Shown here: positions 29,770 to 40,454 of the stretch, piece after piece
Numbering within the stretch: the stretch's first letter is position 1
Layout of the letters: every line of letters begins with the position of its first letter
NCBI GenBank assembly: GCA_018992685.1
Contig: JACVGT010000031.1
Span: 1 to 64,000, forward strand
Direction: 5' to 3'
Source: Theionarchaea archaeon
GTDB taxonomy: Archaea; Methanobacteriota_B; Thermococci; Methanofastidiosales; SZ-28-30
Length of the DNA stretch: 64,000 nucleotides
Notes under the pieces: generated by a model
Told to the model about the DNA's origin: nothing
The model's input: only the letters and a program-made list of their open reading frames with translations
Database searches by the model: none
Position numbers and translations under genes: made by a program

Positions 29770-30681
29770 ATGAAACTCCGTATCGAAGACGTGGTGGAAC
29801 GGTGTAATCGCACATTTGTCCACATCGGTGGAGACTTCGTGCTCATAGAGGATTCTCCCATTCAGTGTCCATTCCTGCGAATTGGGTCCTGGCAGGGGGC
29901 ATGGGTTGCTCTCTATTTGAGGAAATTACAGTTTGGACAGTTCACTGATGACAGACAGGTCAGAGACAGACAAAAGTACGTTCCATTCGGAGCCACTGAA
30001 ATTATAACGGAGGCCCTGAGAGCAGGAATCCTGGATGCTTGTGTGCTGGTGTGTGATGGAGCAGGAACTGTCATTACTACAGACCCTGAGATCGTACAGG
30101 GAATAGGGGGCCGGATGAGCGGCCTCGTGTATACCACCCCTCGGCAGAGCGTGATCCGAAGACTCCATGATGAAGGTGCCATTGTGGTGGATCCGGTGAA
30201 AGCCAGCATAAATCCAGTGCAGGGAGCAAAAAGGGCATCCGAGATCTACAGGAGAATCGCAGTGACCACCACTGCAAACTCTTCTATCGAAGAACTGGAA
30301 AACCTCCCAGGCGTTGTGACCTTTGTGGTTCACACCACAGGCATCACCCCGGAACAGGCTTCATATGCAAAAAAATCGGACATCGTCTGGGGATGTGCCT
30401 CCAAGTATGTCCGCAAAGTGGTGGGAAGGAATGCTGTGCTCCAGCTGGGGGTAGGAATACCCGTTTTCGTGCTTTCTGAGAAAGGGTTATCCGTGATCCA
30501 GCCTCAAATAACTACTTTATCCCATGAAACAGGTACACTATTAGATCAGAACAGGGAAGCCATTCTCTTGGGCTCCCCTCATGTTATTTACCACAGAAGG
30601 ACGTTCCAAGGGACATCACTGACAATAGAAAAGGCAGTATTGCCTGTTTTGCGCCATGCAGGTCCTCATCCCCTGCTCTAG
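29770..30681 (+). CDS. DUF2099 / methanogenesis marker 8-like protein
   Basis: V.FGA.E, DA.V.VCDGAGTVI, VQGIGGRMSGLV.T.P, HTTGI and CASK. Confidence 0.85.
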   Translation: MKLRIEDVVERCNRTFVHIGGDFVLIEDSPIQCPFLRIGSWQGAWVALYLRKLQFGQFTDDRQVRDRQKYVPFGATEIITEALRAGILDACVLVCDGAGTVITTDPEIVQGIGGRMSGLVYTTPRQSVIRRLHDEGAIVVDPVKASINPVQGAKRASEIYRRIAVTTTANSSIEELENLPGVVTFVVHTTGITPEQASYAKKSDIVWGCASKYVRKVVGRNAVLQLGVGIPVFVLSEKGLSVIQPQITTLSHETGTLLDQNREAILLGSPHVIYHRRTFQGTSLTIEKAVLPVLRHAGPHPLL

Positions 30682-30769
30682 GGTAACCACATCACAATAA
30701 TATCCATGGAGGATGAAGGTGGGGCTGTGATTGAGCAATCTTTTTATACACAGGCCCCTTCACCATAAT

Positions 30770-31648
30770 ATGGAACCTGAAAAAAAGAAACGAATTATTG
30801 ACACAGGAGGAATTCTCTTTGCATTGTTTATCCTGCTCCTGGGAGTCTTCTCAATGTTGCTTGATGTATCACCTTTTGCTGGGATTTTCTATCTGCTGAA
30901 GTTTTGGCCGGTGTTGTTGATAGGTCTCGGGATATGGCTTGTCTTCAAACATGCACAACATGAGGGCATAGGTGCTGTGGTTCTGGCAGTGCTCCTTGTG
31001 GTGGCAGTGTACAGTGCTTTCTCTCAGGTGGAGGTGCAGTCATTCCATAGCGAGGAGAAAGAGCTTTCCTCTGGCTTGACAGACCTTGAAGCATCGCTGG
31101 ATTTGCTGTTCGGTGTGTTCTCTGTGGACGCCGCCTCAGATAACCTCTACATCCTTAAGGGATATGAATCCATGGACTCCAGTTTCTACACTGCTGGAAG
31201 CACGGGCTACCTTGATCTTTCGTTGACAGCTGAATCATTTATCCCTCTGGCTGGATCACACGAGGCGGAAATTCTCCTCACAGACACCCTGCCCCTAGTA
31301 GTTCATGCAGATGCAGCCTTTTCGACGGTGAAATTCGATGCCTCCCGTCTCAACATACAGGAACTTGTTATTACTGGGGGACTGTCCAGCTTTGAGCTGG
31401 TGTTGGGGGAAACGAATACTGACATCTCTCTTTCCATGGGCATGTCATCAGTCACGATTTATGTTCCCCAGACTGTGGGGGTTAGGATCGTTTCCACTGG
31501 GCTGACATCTTTGTCTGTGCCTACTGGCTGGATAAAAATCGATGATGGATACATGAGTCCCAACTATGATACAGCACTCTACAGGATTGAAGTAGACTCA
31601 AGCACAGGATTGGGAACAATCGTTGTAAAGTACGTGGACTTGTTCTGA
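30770..31648 (+). CDS. LiaF/DUF5668-like membrane domain plus beta-solenoid (toast-rack-like) domain
   Basis: ..WP.LLIGLG.W.. TM motif; C-terminal G.S...I.VP..VGVRI beta repeats. Confidence 0.7.
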   Translation: MEPEKKKRIIDTGGILFALFILLLGVFSMLLDVSPFAGIFYLLKFWPVLLIGLGIWLVFKHAQHEGIGAVVLAVLLVVAVYSAFSQVEVQSFHSEEKELSSGLTDLEASLDLLFGVFSVDAASDNLYILKGYESMDSSFYTAGSTGYLDLSLTAESFIPLAGSHEAEILLTDTLPLVVHADAAFSTVKFDASRLNIQELVITGGLSSFELVLGETNTDISLSMGMSSVTIYVPQTVGVRIVSTGLTSLSVPTGWIKIDDGYMSPNYDTALYRIEVDSSTGLGTIVVKYVDLF

Positions 31649-32179
31649 GCCAGAGCCTGTGTCTTCACAAGCTCCAACACTCATGACCTGTTGGATTCAC
31701 GGACCATGTCAGAAGACCTGAAGAATTCGTCCACATGAAGGGAGCTCCTCAATCAGAACAGTCTTTTCCTGTTGAAAGGAAATATACCCGTTGTACTACC
31801 GCCTTACCTGAAGGTACTATCACAGTCCTTCCCAAATTAGAGAGTAGTGGCATGATGGAATGGATGGGAGAGAGTATCCAGTGCCAACACGAGAACAGGT
31901 TGCAGGCCTATTTCCTCACAAGAGCAAGCGTGTAGCACAAGAGTCCCACAGGGGATTGACCATTTAGAATTAGCACTCAAGTATCATAAAATACACAAAA
32001 CCATTCTGAACCAGAGTGCATCAGCTCTCATAAGCTCTATCACCGGTCAATTATTGGATTCATTCATCATCTGCACTACGTGTATCTCTTTCCTTTTTGA
32101 ATTCTTCATATTCAGTGGGATTCACTACGCACAGGGGAATCTTCCGCGCTGTCTCTCGAGATCCAATCCACGCATGTAC

Positions 32180-32311
32180 TCAGTCTTGGGCCAGACTCTC
32201 CACAAGGTTTAACCGCTCTCCTTCCTCGAGGATCATCAGATTGCCACAGTGTGAGCACCTGAGGGCTTTCCTCTTCTTTCCGTCTATCATTACTTCTTCT
32301 ACTTTCGCCAT
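32180..32311 (-). CDS. Small CxxC protein, 43 aa (not in ORF track)
   Basis: GGAGGT SD and TATA-like ATATATAT upstream; MAKVEEVMIDGKKRKALRCSHCGNLMILEEGERLNLVESLAQD. Confidence 0.7.
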   Translation of the reverse strand: MAKVEEVMIDGKKRKALRCSHCGNLMILEEGERLNLVESLAQD

Positions 32312-32522
32312 TAAATACCTCCTGGAAACTTGAACTCTGAACGTTCTTATCTTTCAGTTGGCTATATATATATTTCGGTCTACTTGGAATATTTCCAAAC
32401 AAGAAGTGGTAGATTTGCTTACATGAGGGAGAAAGGGGAAGATTAGCCTCCATTTCTCCAGAGGTTCTCTCTCTTCTTCAGGTGAGGGGAACGTATTTAT
32501 GGCAACCCTGTAAGAGATACCC

Positions 32523-33074
32523 ATGAAAACAGTTCGACCTCCCGAAATTGTGTTGTACCCCAGCAGCGTTGTTCTCGTTACCTCATCTTACCAGGGTAAA
32601 GACAATATTATCACACTTGCATGGATTTCTACAGCGTGTTTTGACCCTCCTCTGGTGGCCTGTGCCATCAGAGACACCCGATATTCTCACGGACTGATCA
32701 AGAACAGCAAGGAATTCGTTCTCAATATACCGTCTGAGAACCTGGTTCGAGAAACGGATTACTGCGGACAAGTATCAGGAAGAACGGTGGACAAATTTGC
32801 CGCGTGCAAGTTCACCCGGCTTCCAGGATCCAAGGTCAAAGCCCCGCTCATACAGGAATGCCCTGTCAACATTGAGTGCACGGTGACTCAAATTGTTCAT
32901 CTAGGCACGCATGACCTGTTCATTGGGGAAGTGGTAGCTGTGGATGCTGACGAAGATGTGGTAGAAGAGAATAGCATATCCTTTGAGAAGCTGAGGCCCC
33001 TTGCTTACACTAGTGGTGACTACTGGACCCTGGGGAATTCTGTGGGGAAGTACGGGTTCTCAAAGAAGTCCTGA
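32523..33074 (+). CDS. Flavin reductase family protein
   Basis: N..T.AW...DPP.V, EFV.NIP, CG..SGR..DKF, P.I.ECP..IEC and G.HDLFIGEV. Confidence 0.93.
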   Translation: MKTVRPPEIVLYPSSVVLVTSSYQGKDNIITLAWISTACFDPPLVACAIRDTRYSHGLIKNSKEFVLNIPSENLVRETDYCGQVSGRTVDKFAACKFTRLPGSKVKAPLIQECPVNIECTVTQIVHLGTHDLFIGEVVAVDADEDVVEENSISFEKLRPLAYTSGDYWTLGNSVGKYGFSKKS

Positions 33075-33798
33075 GCCATTGCAGGGAAGCATTGATCTCC
33101 TCTGGCGTGTCGTGGGGAGCTTCCAGGGTGTAAGCACCTTCATATCCGGATTTGGAAATGGTAGAGAAAATGGGTGGGAAATCGAGGGTTCCGTCCAGGG
33201 GCTTGAGGTACCTCCTCTTCCCGTCAAGAATCCACTGACCATCATAATCTCTCACATGAACATTGTTGATACGGGATGAAAAGGTCAAGACCTCGTCCAG
33301 ACAGTTGTACTTGCTGGTGTATTCCAGGTCAATGGTGAAGAAAGGACTTTCCAGATTTCTGTGAAGAAAAGAGGCCGCATAGGGAATTTCAATTGCTATG
33401 TGAGGGATCAGTTCAATGCTGAGTGTGAGAGAGCACCCTTCAGCGTAATACTCAAGAGAATTCAGAAGGGACACCAGGCGTCTCAGGTCTAAAGACTCAT
33501 TCAAGGAGTTATATGCATGAAGGACGAGTGTAGTAGCTCCCACCCTGTGAGCTATGTCAATATCCTGAATGACCAGATCCTTTCCTTTGTCGGGGTCCTC
33601 TTCCAGGATGATACATGAGTGCTTTGATCCATGTACAGAAAAAAAAGGGTAGCCATTGAATATGGTTGAAACCTCCTTCTTATTCCATGCATTGAAGAGG
33701 AATAACTCGAAATGGTCAGTATCCAGGTGAGATAGAAAAGGCTCTACTGTTTCAGGCTCGCGCCGTGGTATGCAGCAGGTGGAACAGCTAACTATCAT
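33010..33798 (-). CDS. Sugar phosphate isomerase/epimerase (AP endonuclease 2) TIM barrel
   Basis: SVH, LVLH, LSIE, TIDL, NVHVRD and GY.G.YTLE. Confidence 0.75.
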   Translation of the reverse strand: MIVSCSTCCIPRREPETVEPFLSHLDTDHFELFLFNAWNKKEVSTIFNGYPFFSVHGSKHSCIILEEDPDKGKDLVIQDIDIAHRVGATTLVLHAYNSLNESLDLRRLVSLLNSLEYYAEGCSLTLSIELIPHIAIEIPYAASFLHRNLESPFFTIDLEYTSKYNCLDEVLTFSSRINNVHVRDYDGQWILDGKRRYLKPLDGTLDFPPIFSTISKSGYEGAYTLEAPHDTPEEINASLQWLRTSLRTRTSPQNSPGSSSHH

Positions 33799-33962
33799 GC
33801 TGCCAGAAAGACATAGAGATATAAGAACCTTTCACGAAATGTGAGATCTGCTGCTGCAGGGGATGGACGGTACACCGTGGTACAGTTCACTTGATCGCTC
33901 TGTGTCCTCAACATCCGTTCTGTAACCAAGGCTTTTTTAACCAGTATACCATTAGGTCATCC

Positions 33963-36218
33963 ATGAAAGGGCTGATAATTCATCCAACATACAGAACTCA
34001 CGGTGGAAAATCCTTTGTCCATTTGTATGGCAGATTGGAAAATGGGGAATCGTTCCTGGCTATCAATGAATTTCGCCCTTATTTCTACATTAAGAGATCA
34101 GATTTGAATACAGCCCTCAATGTAGAGCCACTTGAATTCAAGGAGACGGATATGAAGACATTTTCAGGAGACCCTGTGGTAAAAATCTTCACACAGTACC
34201 CCAAAGAGGTTGCTGATCTCAGGAGAATCCTGGAGAAGAGAGATATTGAATGTTATGAGGCTGATATCCGCTTTGCATACAGATTTCTCATTGATTGTGA
34301 CATTAGAGGGTTCTGTGAAGTTGAAGGAGAATACCGGCCAGGAGAGCGAGTGGATCGCATTTATGAGAACCCGCAGGTTTCTCCCGTTGAGCCCTGCGAT
34401 ATCCCGGTCACCACCCTTTCTCTTGACATTGAGGTAGATGAATCGACGGGGGAAATCGTTTGCGCCACACTGTATGATGGTGAATACTCCACGTTCTTGT
34501 TGAAACAGCACTGCGAACACGCAGTGACCTGCACCTCTGAAATAGAACTCCTGGGAAAGGTGAAAGAAGCATTACTGGCACGTGATCCTGATGTTATCAC
34601 CGGGTGGAATGTGGTGGACTTTGACCTGAGGTACATACAGGACCGTTTCAGGCATTACAAGCTCACCTTTGATGCAGGAAGATCAGAAGCCTCCACCAGG
34701 TTCAGGGTTGAATCGTCATTTATCAGGGCATCGAGGGCCACGATTGATGGAAGGATGGTCCTGGACGCCATGCATCTATTGAGGGATTTCTTCATAAAAC
34801 TGGAAGACTACAAATTGGATACTGCAGGAAAGGCGATCCTGGGTGAGGGAAAAGTGGATATTGAAAAGGATATAGCCAAGGTGTGGAGAGAAACGCCTTC
34901 CCTTCTTGTGGAATACAACCAAAAGGACACCAGACTTGTATATGACATTATTACTGAGAAACATCTCATTGAATTGACCACGAGAATGACAGGCATTACC
35001 GGGTTGCAGTTGGACAGGGTGAAAGCTGCCATTGCTTCCCTGGACTCATTATACCTGAGAGAGTCTCAGAAGAGGGGAATCGTGTGCCCTTCAGTATCAG
35101 GAGGGAGCAGGAAGCGAGTAACTGGTGGGCTGGTACAGGAACCCAGGTATGGCATATACGAGTATGTGCTCCTCTTTGATTTCAAGAGTCTGTACCCCTC
35201 TATCATGGCCACCTTCAACATCGATCCCCTGACTTATACGGAAAAGGAAACGGCCATCAAAGCGCCCAATGGGGCATTCTTCCTGGAAGAGCCAGGCATT
35301 CTCCCGGAGATCATTTTAACTCTGCTAAGAAGGAGAGGCCAGGCCGTAATCTATGAGGAACAGTACGCTATCAAAATCATCATGAATTCTCTGTTCGGTG
35401 TCCTGGGGAACCCCAATTGCAGGTTTTACAATTCCAGAATTGCCAACGCTATCACATCTTTCGGGCGGTATTTTCTGGAAGAAACCACAGAAAAAGTCGA
35501 AGCCATGAATTATGAGGTCATTTACGGGGATACTGATTCTGTATTTGTTGTCTCCAGGGCAGAATCCATGGAGGAGGCAACAACAATGGGACAGACCATT
35601 GAAAGGACTATCAATGAATTCTACGATGGATACGTCGAGGAGAACTACGGCAGGACGAACTATCTCGAACTGGAGCTGGAGCAGGCCTATCAGAAATTCT
35701 TGCTGCCCAGACAGCGTCACGTCAAGAAAGGGGCAAAAAAACGGTATGCAGGGTATCACAATGGGGACATTGACATTGTGGGATTGGAGTACGTGAGGAG
35801 GGACTGGACAGAACTGGCAAAAGAGTTCCAGTATGCTCTGTTGAGAAAAGTGTTTACGGGTGAGAATTTCGAAGAATACATCAGAAAAACAGTTAAAGAC
35901 CTGAAAGCTGGAAGGTTGGACCATCTTCTCATCTACAAGAAAGGTGTGAGGAAGGGTCTGGGTGAATATACCAAGACCACGCCTCCCCACGTTAAGGCAG
36001 CCCGCAAGATGGATGGGTTCTCAGAAAGGATCATCTCATACGTGATGACCAAACGAGGTCCTGAACCAGTGGAGAATAATCCTAGCCGTATTGACTATGA
36101 TCATTATGTGGAAAAACAGCTCAAACCCATAGCTAACAGCATTCTGCACTTTTATGATAGGAGTTTTTCCGATGTGGTCACGGGGCAACGGCAAACAAGT
36201 CTTGAACACTTCATGTGA
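33963..36218 (+). CDS. polB: Family B DNA polymerase
   Basis: Exo DIE, GWN...FD and YN..D; polymerase DFKSLYPS, K..MNS.FG and YGDTDS; PIP box QTSLEHF. Confidence 0.96.
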   Translation: MKGLIIHPTYRTHGGKSFVHLYGRLENGESFLAINEFRPYFYIKRSDLNTALNVEPLEFKETDMKTFSGDPVVKIFTQYPKEVADLRRILEKRDIECYEADIRFAYRFLIDCDIRGFCEVEGEYRPGERVDRIYENPQVSPVEPCDIPVTTLSLDIEVDESTGEIVCATLYDGEYSTFLLKQHCEHAVTCTSEIELLGKVKEALLARDPDVITGWNVVDFDLRYIQDRFRHYKLTFDAGRSEASTRFRVESSFIRASRATIDGRMVLDAMHLLRDFFIKLEDYKLDTAGKAILGEGKVDIEKDIAKVWRETPSLLVEYNQKDTRLVYDIITEKHLIELTTRMTGITGLQLDRVKAAIASLDSLYLRESQKRGIVCPSVSGGSRKRVTGGLVQEPRYGIYEYVLLFDFKSLYPSIMATFNIDPLTYTEKETAIKAPNGAFFLEEPGILPEIILTLLRRRGQAVIYEEQYAIKIIMNSLFGVLGNPNCRFYNSRIANAITSFGRYFLEETTEKVEAMNYEVIYGDTDSVFVVSRAESMEEATTMGQTIERTINEFYDGYVEENYGRTNYLELELEQAYQKFLLPRQRHVKKGAKKRYAGYHNGDIDIVGLEYVRRDWTELAKEFQYALLRKVFTGENFEEYIRKTVKDLKAGRLDHLLIYKKGVRKGLGEYTKTTPPHVKAARKMDGFSERIISYVMTKRGPEPVENNPSRIDYDHYVEKQLKPIANSILHFYDRSFSDVVTGQRQTSLEHFM

Positions 36219-36395
36219 TGATAAGAGGATGTCCTCCTTGCAGACGCTGTGCTTCCTGCACCTGCCTGTAGGTTGCTGGAGCAAATGCACATTATGGGCT
36301 CATTTCTCATCAACAGCATTGAAAAGCACCTGATTTCCGTTTTGGACAAGTGTCCCCGGAAACCTTTATAAGTCATAGACTCCGCCTTCTCACTT

Positions 36396-38276
36396 ATGAA
36401 ACGAACCTACATTGTGTGTTTCATCCTACTATTCTCTTTATGGACGCCACTGCATGCTGAGGACCAGCATCAGGCCACCATTACGGCGCCTGCTGTGGAA
36501 CGGACAGCTGATGGGTTGCGGGGAGTCCTCTCTTACATGACTGTGGTCACCCAGCAAGGATCAGGACACATCTATATCGATACCTGGCCCTTGGCTGAAG
36601 TGGATATTCAAGGCTCAGCGCGGCTGGCGGTGCAGGTCGCCTGTGATGTTGTCCACAAGAACTGGGAGCATTATGACTTCTTCATCACGGTACGCAGTGA
36701 TTCACCCATCATTGGAGGCCCTTCAGCAGGAGGAGCCATGACAGTCGCAATCATTGCTTCCTTACAAGGATGGGAACTCAGCAGTGACGTTGTGATGTCT
36801 GGCACTATTAACCCTGATGAAACAGTCGGGCCTGTAGGGGGATTGTACCAGAAAGCTCAGGCCGCCTCTGAGATCGCTCATACCTTCCTGGTCCCTGATG
36901 GTCAAACCACTATTGTGGTGGAAGAACAGACAACAAGAACGCAGGGTCCATTCACCTATATTACCACCAGTCAGAAGCAACTGGATCTCGTGGAGGAAGG
37001 AAAGGCCATGGGGCTCCAGGTGAAAGAGGTGTATGATATCAGAGAAGCAGTCTACTATTTCACGGGGCAAGAGATTGAAACTTCCCAGGTGGAAGCTGAA
37101 CCCATTAAAGCTGATTTTATGAAACCCTATGCACAGCAACAGGTGGATGGAATAGAAAATGAGTATGAATCAGTAACCGACAGTGTTCAGGAATACACTG
37201 GGCCTTATAAGAGTGACCTCCAGCGGGTGCTGGAGTCTGCACAGGAACAGATTACGTATGCACACACAGCCTACGACTCTGGTAGCTATTACACCTCCGT
37301 GAGTGCCTGTTATGTGGCAGGACTGTACATCACGTACGCACAGAATCTGTTGCTGTACTTTGAAAATCAATCAGTGGAGGAAATTTTCTCAGACCTCACC
37401 CGTGAGATCGATATTGTGTACACCAAGACGACTGAAGCACGTCCGCGCGGGATGACTGCTCTCCAGTGTATTGCCACTGCACAGAACCGCATCTTCGAAG
37501 CACGAGAGTATGTGAAAAGAGCCCAGGCGCAACAATCAACCTCTGGCCAGATTGAATATGCTTCATACGCCGAAAGACGAAAGGAAAGTGCTGAATTCTG
37601 GCTCGAACTTGCCAGTGAATACCAGGAAGGGAGCGAGATAAGCCAGGATGCGTTGCGTAATGCTGCGTCTTCCATGTTGAATACGGCAGAGCTTTCTCTG
37701 GTGTATGCCTCATCAATCCTATCAGCAGGTGACCTTCTGAGTGAGGCCCAGTCCAGGCTGCAGACTTCGCAGGAGCAGTTCGTGGAAGAAGTGTATGCCG
37801 CTTCCCTGTTTTCGGCTGTGGAAAGCAGAGTCTACTGTGAAGTAGCTTTGATCTCATATTCTGCTCAGAAGGAAGCTCTCGTCCAGAAAGTGGAGAGAGC
37901 TCGAGAACGTGCCACTAAGGCCATTGAAACGTCCCGACAGCAGGGTACTGAACCTGTACTAGCAGTGAGTTACTATGAACTTACACAATCCCTTGATGAA
38001 GCGACGCAGTCTTTGATCTATCTCGGGTATGCTGAGGAGGTTGCCTCAATGGCTGAGTACATTGACACACAGCCCTCCGTTCCAATGGTCACAGGAGAAC
38101 CTGCACGAGAACCCCTCACTCCAGGGTCTGGTACAGAATCATCAACTCCAGAACCGTCAGAACATGAGGCTGCACAGCAGAATGGCGGTCTTGTGGAAGC
38201 TCTTGGGATCCTGGGAGCAGGAATAGTAATTGGAATACTTGGTTCCTGGCTGGTGACAAAGTCAGTTCACAGGTAA
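36396..38276 (+). CDS. Secreted S16 (Lon-like) serine protease, archaeal type
   Basis: Signal peptide, GGPSAG (Ser), GPVGGL..K (Lys) and a C-terminal TM anchor. Confidence 0.88.
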   Translation: MKRTYIVCFILLFSLWTPLHAEDQHQATITAPAVERTADGLRGVLSYMTVVTQQGSGHIYIDTWPLAEVDIQGSARLAVQVACDVVHKNWEHYDFFITVRSDSPIIGGPSAGGAMTVAIIASLQGWELSSDVVMSGTINPDETVGPVGGLYQKAQAASEIAHTFLVPDGQTTIVVEEQTTRTQGPFTYITTSQKQLDLVEEGKAMGLQVKEVYDIREAVYYFTGQEIETSQVEAEPIKADFMKPYAQQQVDGIENEYESVTDSVQEYTGPYKSDLQRVLESAQEQITYAHTAYDSGSYYTSVSACYVAGLYITYAQNLLLYFENQSVEEIFSDLTREIDIVYTKTTEARPRGMTALQCIATAQNRIFEAREYVKRAQAQQSTSGQIEYASYAERRKESAEFWLELASEYQEGSEISQDALRNAASSMLNTAELSLVYASSILSAGDLLSEAQSRLQTSQEQFVEEVYAASLFSAVESRVYCEVALISYSAQKEALVQKVERARERATKAIETSRQQGTEPVLAVSYYELTQSLDEATQSLIYLGYAEEVASMAEYIDTQPSVPMVTGEPAREPLTPGSGTESSTPEPSEHEAAQQNGGLVEALGILGAGIVIGILGSWLVTKSVHR

Positions 38277-38475
38277 TGGTTGCCGTGCACTGTGAATTAC
38301 CACTTCAGATTCTCCTTTTTTCTGTTTTGTTTCAGCACTAGGATTTCAGGGGTTGACGTTTTCCTCACGAGAGTGGGGGTTGGGTTTACACTAAATGCTG
38401 CACACCAAATGATTAAATCATAGAATGTTCCAAGAGAGACGGAAGTGAGATTGAAGCCCGATCTCGAGGTTGAAC

Positions 38476-38512
38476 GGGGGCAATAGTTCGAGTTCTTGGG
38501 GATGGCTCTCCC
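38476..38512 (-). repeat. Copy A of a ~40-nt dispersed intergenic motif
   Basis: Minus strand GGGAGAGCCATCCCCAAGAACTCGAACTATTGCCCCC, similar to 45254-45295. Confidence 0.6.
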
Positions 38513-38575
38513 TCACTTCCCTCGACCAAAAATCTGGCGTGTGGCTCAATGAACTGATCAAAGAAATGGAGAGGA

Positions 38576-39679
38576 TTACTCCATAGATTCAAACCTGTTC
38601 TTGAGTTTCTCCAGCACTTTGGGGAGAGTAGTATACTCCATATCTTCCTGCGGCAGCCTGTGTGGCTCAAACGGACCGTGCCTGCGCATGTACTCTGCAA
38701 TCTTCTGGGCTTTTTTCCTTGTCATGTCAAAGGCAGGATCGTCAAATAGGTCAACTGGCCCGATGAGGTTGCCGTTAGAACACTGGAATCCCAGGGCAAC
38801 TACCCGAGGAGGTCCATCGAACCGGGTGCAGCGAGCATCTTTCTGCGCAACAGGCATGATGGGTCCATTGTGGCTTCCCCGCATCCATCCGGACACCAAG
38901 TGGGGGAAGGCAAAGGGTTCCAAGACTTCACCCAATGCAGGCAATCCAGACTGAGACCTCACAATGGCTACAGGATCGTCCTTGCCCACGTACTCCCCTG
39001 CTATGAATGACAGCTTTTCTGTACTGATACAGGCAACTGGTTCATCAGCAGGAAGTTTTCCCCCCTCTTTCGGGTACACTTTCTTTATCACGTATCGGGA
39101 CTTTGCTCCGACCAAAGCCAGCATGTCGTACAGTTCCTCAGGACAGGACATCATGACCTTCTTATGTTCTTTGATATCCCATATTTCAAATCTGAACCCC
39201 TGATGGAAAGAAGGATCAATGATCAACCCCGCAGTGTTAAAGGGATCTGCGAACATTCGAAATATGGGAAGGTTGAATGCTCCCGGTTCGGTTTTGTCCA
39301 TCATGAACGTTACCACCGGTTCTGCTTTTCTTTCTGTAAACTCTATCTCTGCAATTCCAGGACCCATTCCCCGGATATTGCCTGAGAACGCATCTTTCAA
39401 CAGATCCTGTCCTGCTCCATATAATTTAAGTTCTTTCGCCTTGTTGGCAGCTCTTTCAAACGTGTCCCAAGCCAGCTGATGAATCTTGTCCGAGTCCACC
39501 CCATGGTTGTGAGTCATGATCAACTCCAGGTCGTCGCCACAGTTGGTGACCACATAGTCTATGAGAAGGCTGGTTTCTTTCAATGCCTTTTCAGCTGTCT
39601 CAATCAGATCTGGATGAACAACAGCGTGTCCTGGACACGAGCCAACATCAGCCTTAATGAGAGATATGGTCGTTTTCAT
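38576..39679 (-). CDS. fbp: Bifunctional fructose-1,6-bisphosphate aldolase/phosphatase
   Basis: IKADVG, GDD..LIMTH, LYGAGQDL, DKTEPGAFN, YVGKDDP, GWMRGSH and FEPHRL. Confidence 0.97.
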   Translation of the reverse strand: MKTTISLIKADVGSCPGHAVVHPDLIETAEKALKETSLLIDYVVTNCGDDLELIMTHNHGVDSDKIHQLAWDTFERAANKAKELKLYGAGQDLLKDAFSGNIRGMGPGIAEIEFTERKAEPVVTFMMDKTEPGAFNLPIFRMFADPFNTAGLIIDPSFHQGFRFEIWDIKEHKKVMMSCPEELYDMLALVGAKSRYVIKKVYPKEGGKLPADEPVACISTEKLSFIAGEYVGKDDPVAIVRSQSGLPALGEVLEPFAFPHLVSGWMRGSHNGPIMPVAQKDARCTRFDGPPRVVALGFQCSNGNLIGPVDLFDDPAFDMTRKKAQKIAEYMRRHGPFEPHRLPQEDMEYTTLPKVLEKLKNRFESME

Positions 39680-39991
39680 ATGTGCCTTACCTAGACTGGT
39701 AATATAAACCTTATGCATTGACATTGACATAGGCATTGAGGACAGCAAGGTCAGTGGGATTATGGGAAGGCCTTCAGCTGCTCACGGGTGGCGTCATTGA
39801 CGTTTGCAGTGGCGGACAGATTGTGCCCCTGAGTACTTGTGTATGTACCATGCTCTGATTTCACGTGCCTCGAGCATACTCTGCATTGAGAAACAGAATT
39901 GATACCGGTTCTTTCATCACGGTTCCATCTTTTACTCTGGAGAGAATGACCTGGAACGAGGCAGAAGCGGAGGAAGGGAAAAGAAGATAGA

Positions 39992-40450
39992 CTATCCCTG
40001 CATGATCTCAAGAATCTCAGAGATATCGGGGAGCTGAGACAGAGGATAGACCTTTACCGTGAGTACCTTCTGATCCTCGTCAAGTACTACATTTGCCCGT
40101 TCAGAAACCCCATCTTTCTCCCTGAATAGCCCATACTTTGCTGAGACTCCACCGTGGGGCCAGAAATCAGATAGAATCTGTATGTTCTTGATCCCAAGAT
40201 GATCTGCCCAGGCCTTCTTACAGGGAACACTATCCACACTGAGCCCACATGCCACTGCATGTATTCTCTCAAATTCTTGTGAGTTCTCTTCCAGAGACTT
40301 CATCTGTTCTGCACACACTTTTGTCCAGGCCAGAGGATGGAAGGACAAGAGAACCTTCTTCCCTCTGTAATCAGACAATCGTATCTCTTTCCCGTTCTGG
40401 TCATTCAACACAAAATCAGGCGCTTGATCGCCTGGGTTAACTAATGTCAT
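39992..40450 (-). CDS. Peroxiredoxin (AhpE/BCP-like)
   Basis: APDF.L.DQ.G, P.AWT.VC peroxidatic motif, LSDFWPHG and R. Confidence 0.92.
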   Translation of the reverse strand: MTLVNPGDQAPDFVLNDQNGKEIRLSDYRGKKVLLSFHPLAWTKVCAEQMKSLEENSQEFERIHAVACGLSVDSVPCKKAWADHLGIKNIQILSDFWPHGGVSAKYGLFREKDGVSERANVVLDEDQKVLTVKVYPLSQLPDISEILEIMQG

Positions 40451-40454
40451 GACA

